Shown here in pieces: positions 34,093 to 34,368 of a stretch of 34,368 nt of DNA. The notes beneath the pieces are model-generated. The model was not told the DNA's origin and searched no databases. It worked only from the letters and a program-made list of their open reading frames with translations. Numbering within the stretch: position 1 is the first letter of the stretch; each line of letters starts with the position of its first letter. This DNA comes from a virus. Lineage: Duplodnaviria > Caudoviricetes. The translations under genes were made by a program, and so were the position numbers. The stretch is from positions 1 through 34,368 of the IMG/VR virus record IMGVR_UViG_3300038312_000389; one strand, written 5' to 3'.

Positions 34093-34368
34093 ATGCCGAG
34101 AAGTTTAACTCTTGATGCTGAATATAATCGGGGCGCGCGTGATATGGCGATGCTTATTCTTGACCACCTCGAGCACAACGGCGGCAGTATTTGCAATGGA
34201 TTGAATAAAAAACAGAAACTGCAGTTCATTGGTCATCTACGGAATTATTTGTCGCATGCTCATAATTCATTAAAAACCTGCCGAAATGCCTTGCCGCAAA
34301 TCGGCTGGAATTTCACATTCCATTATGATGACAAAAAGAATCTTATCCGAATTGAACCAACCAAATAA
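34093..34368 (+). CDS. Hypothetical protein
   Basis: 91-aa ORF ending at the window end. Confidence 0.55.
   Translation: MPRSLTLDAEYNRGARDMAMLILDHLEHNGGSICNGLNKKQKLQFIGHLRNYLSHAHNSLKTCRNALPQIGWNFTFHYDDKKNLIRIEPTK

Larger units (their letters stand above)
1..34368. mobile_element. Temperate siphovirus-like phage/prophage (HK97-type head, non-contractile tail)
   Basis: Integration, immunity, replication, packaging, head, tail and fibre modules in canonical order. No sheath gene seen. att ends not identified. Confidence 0.95.

Noticed and set aside
1-34368. attL/attR repeats, tRNA, IS elements, complete DGR
   Set aside because: None recognised by eye. The window starts at the int ATG and ends at a stop codon, so element boundaries probably lie outside; no reverse transcriptase motif was seen.

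Overview
The window is most or all of a temperate siphovirus-type (HK97-fold capsid) phage or prophage of about 34 kb. Module order: tyrosine integrase (1-1365); a ~20-unit, strictly 58-bp, dyad-symmetric tandem array with shuffled variable blocks (1335-~2494), which runs from the integrase stop codon to the stop codon of a convergent three-gene leftward operon (unknown protein, BRCT protein, exported CxxCxGxG protein); an XRE repressor and divergent switch; early genes including a 5'-truncated C5 DNA methyltransferase with a second subunit encoded in an overlapping frame; replication initiator and DnaC-like loader; a second tyrosine recombinase; HNH, TerS, TerL; a 39-aa NrdR-like zinc ribbon followed by two NrdR-box-like palindromes in front of the portal promoter; head, neck and tail genes; a collagen/foldon fibre, an RCC1 propeller and two LamG-like proteins; and a putative lysis end with no recognisable endolysin. 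The strongest candidates for an undescribed system are (i) the integrase, which lacks its first catalytic Arg, together with the 58-bp array, and (ii) the mini-NrdR / NrdR-box switch upstream of the portal. All protein calls come from motif recognition by eye, with no database searches. No att sites, tRNA, rRNA, CRISPR or reverse transcriptase were identified.
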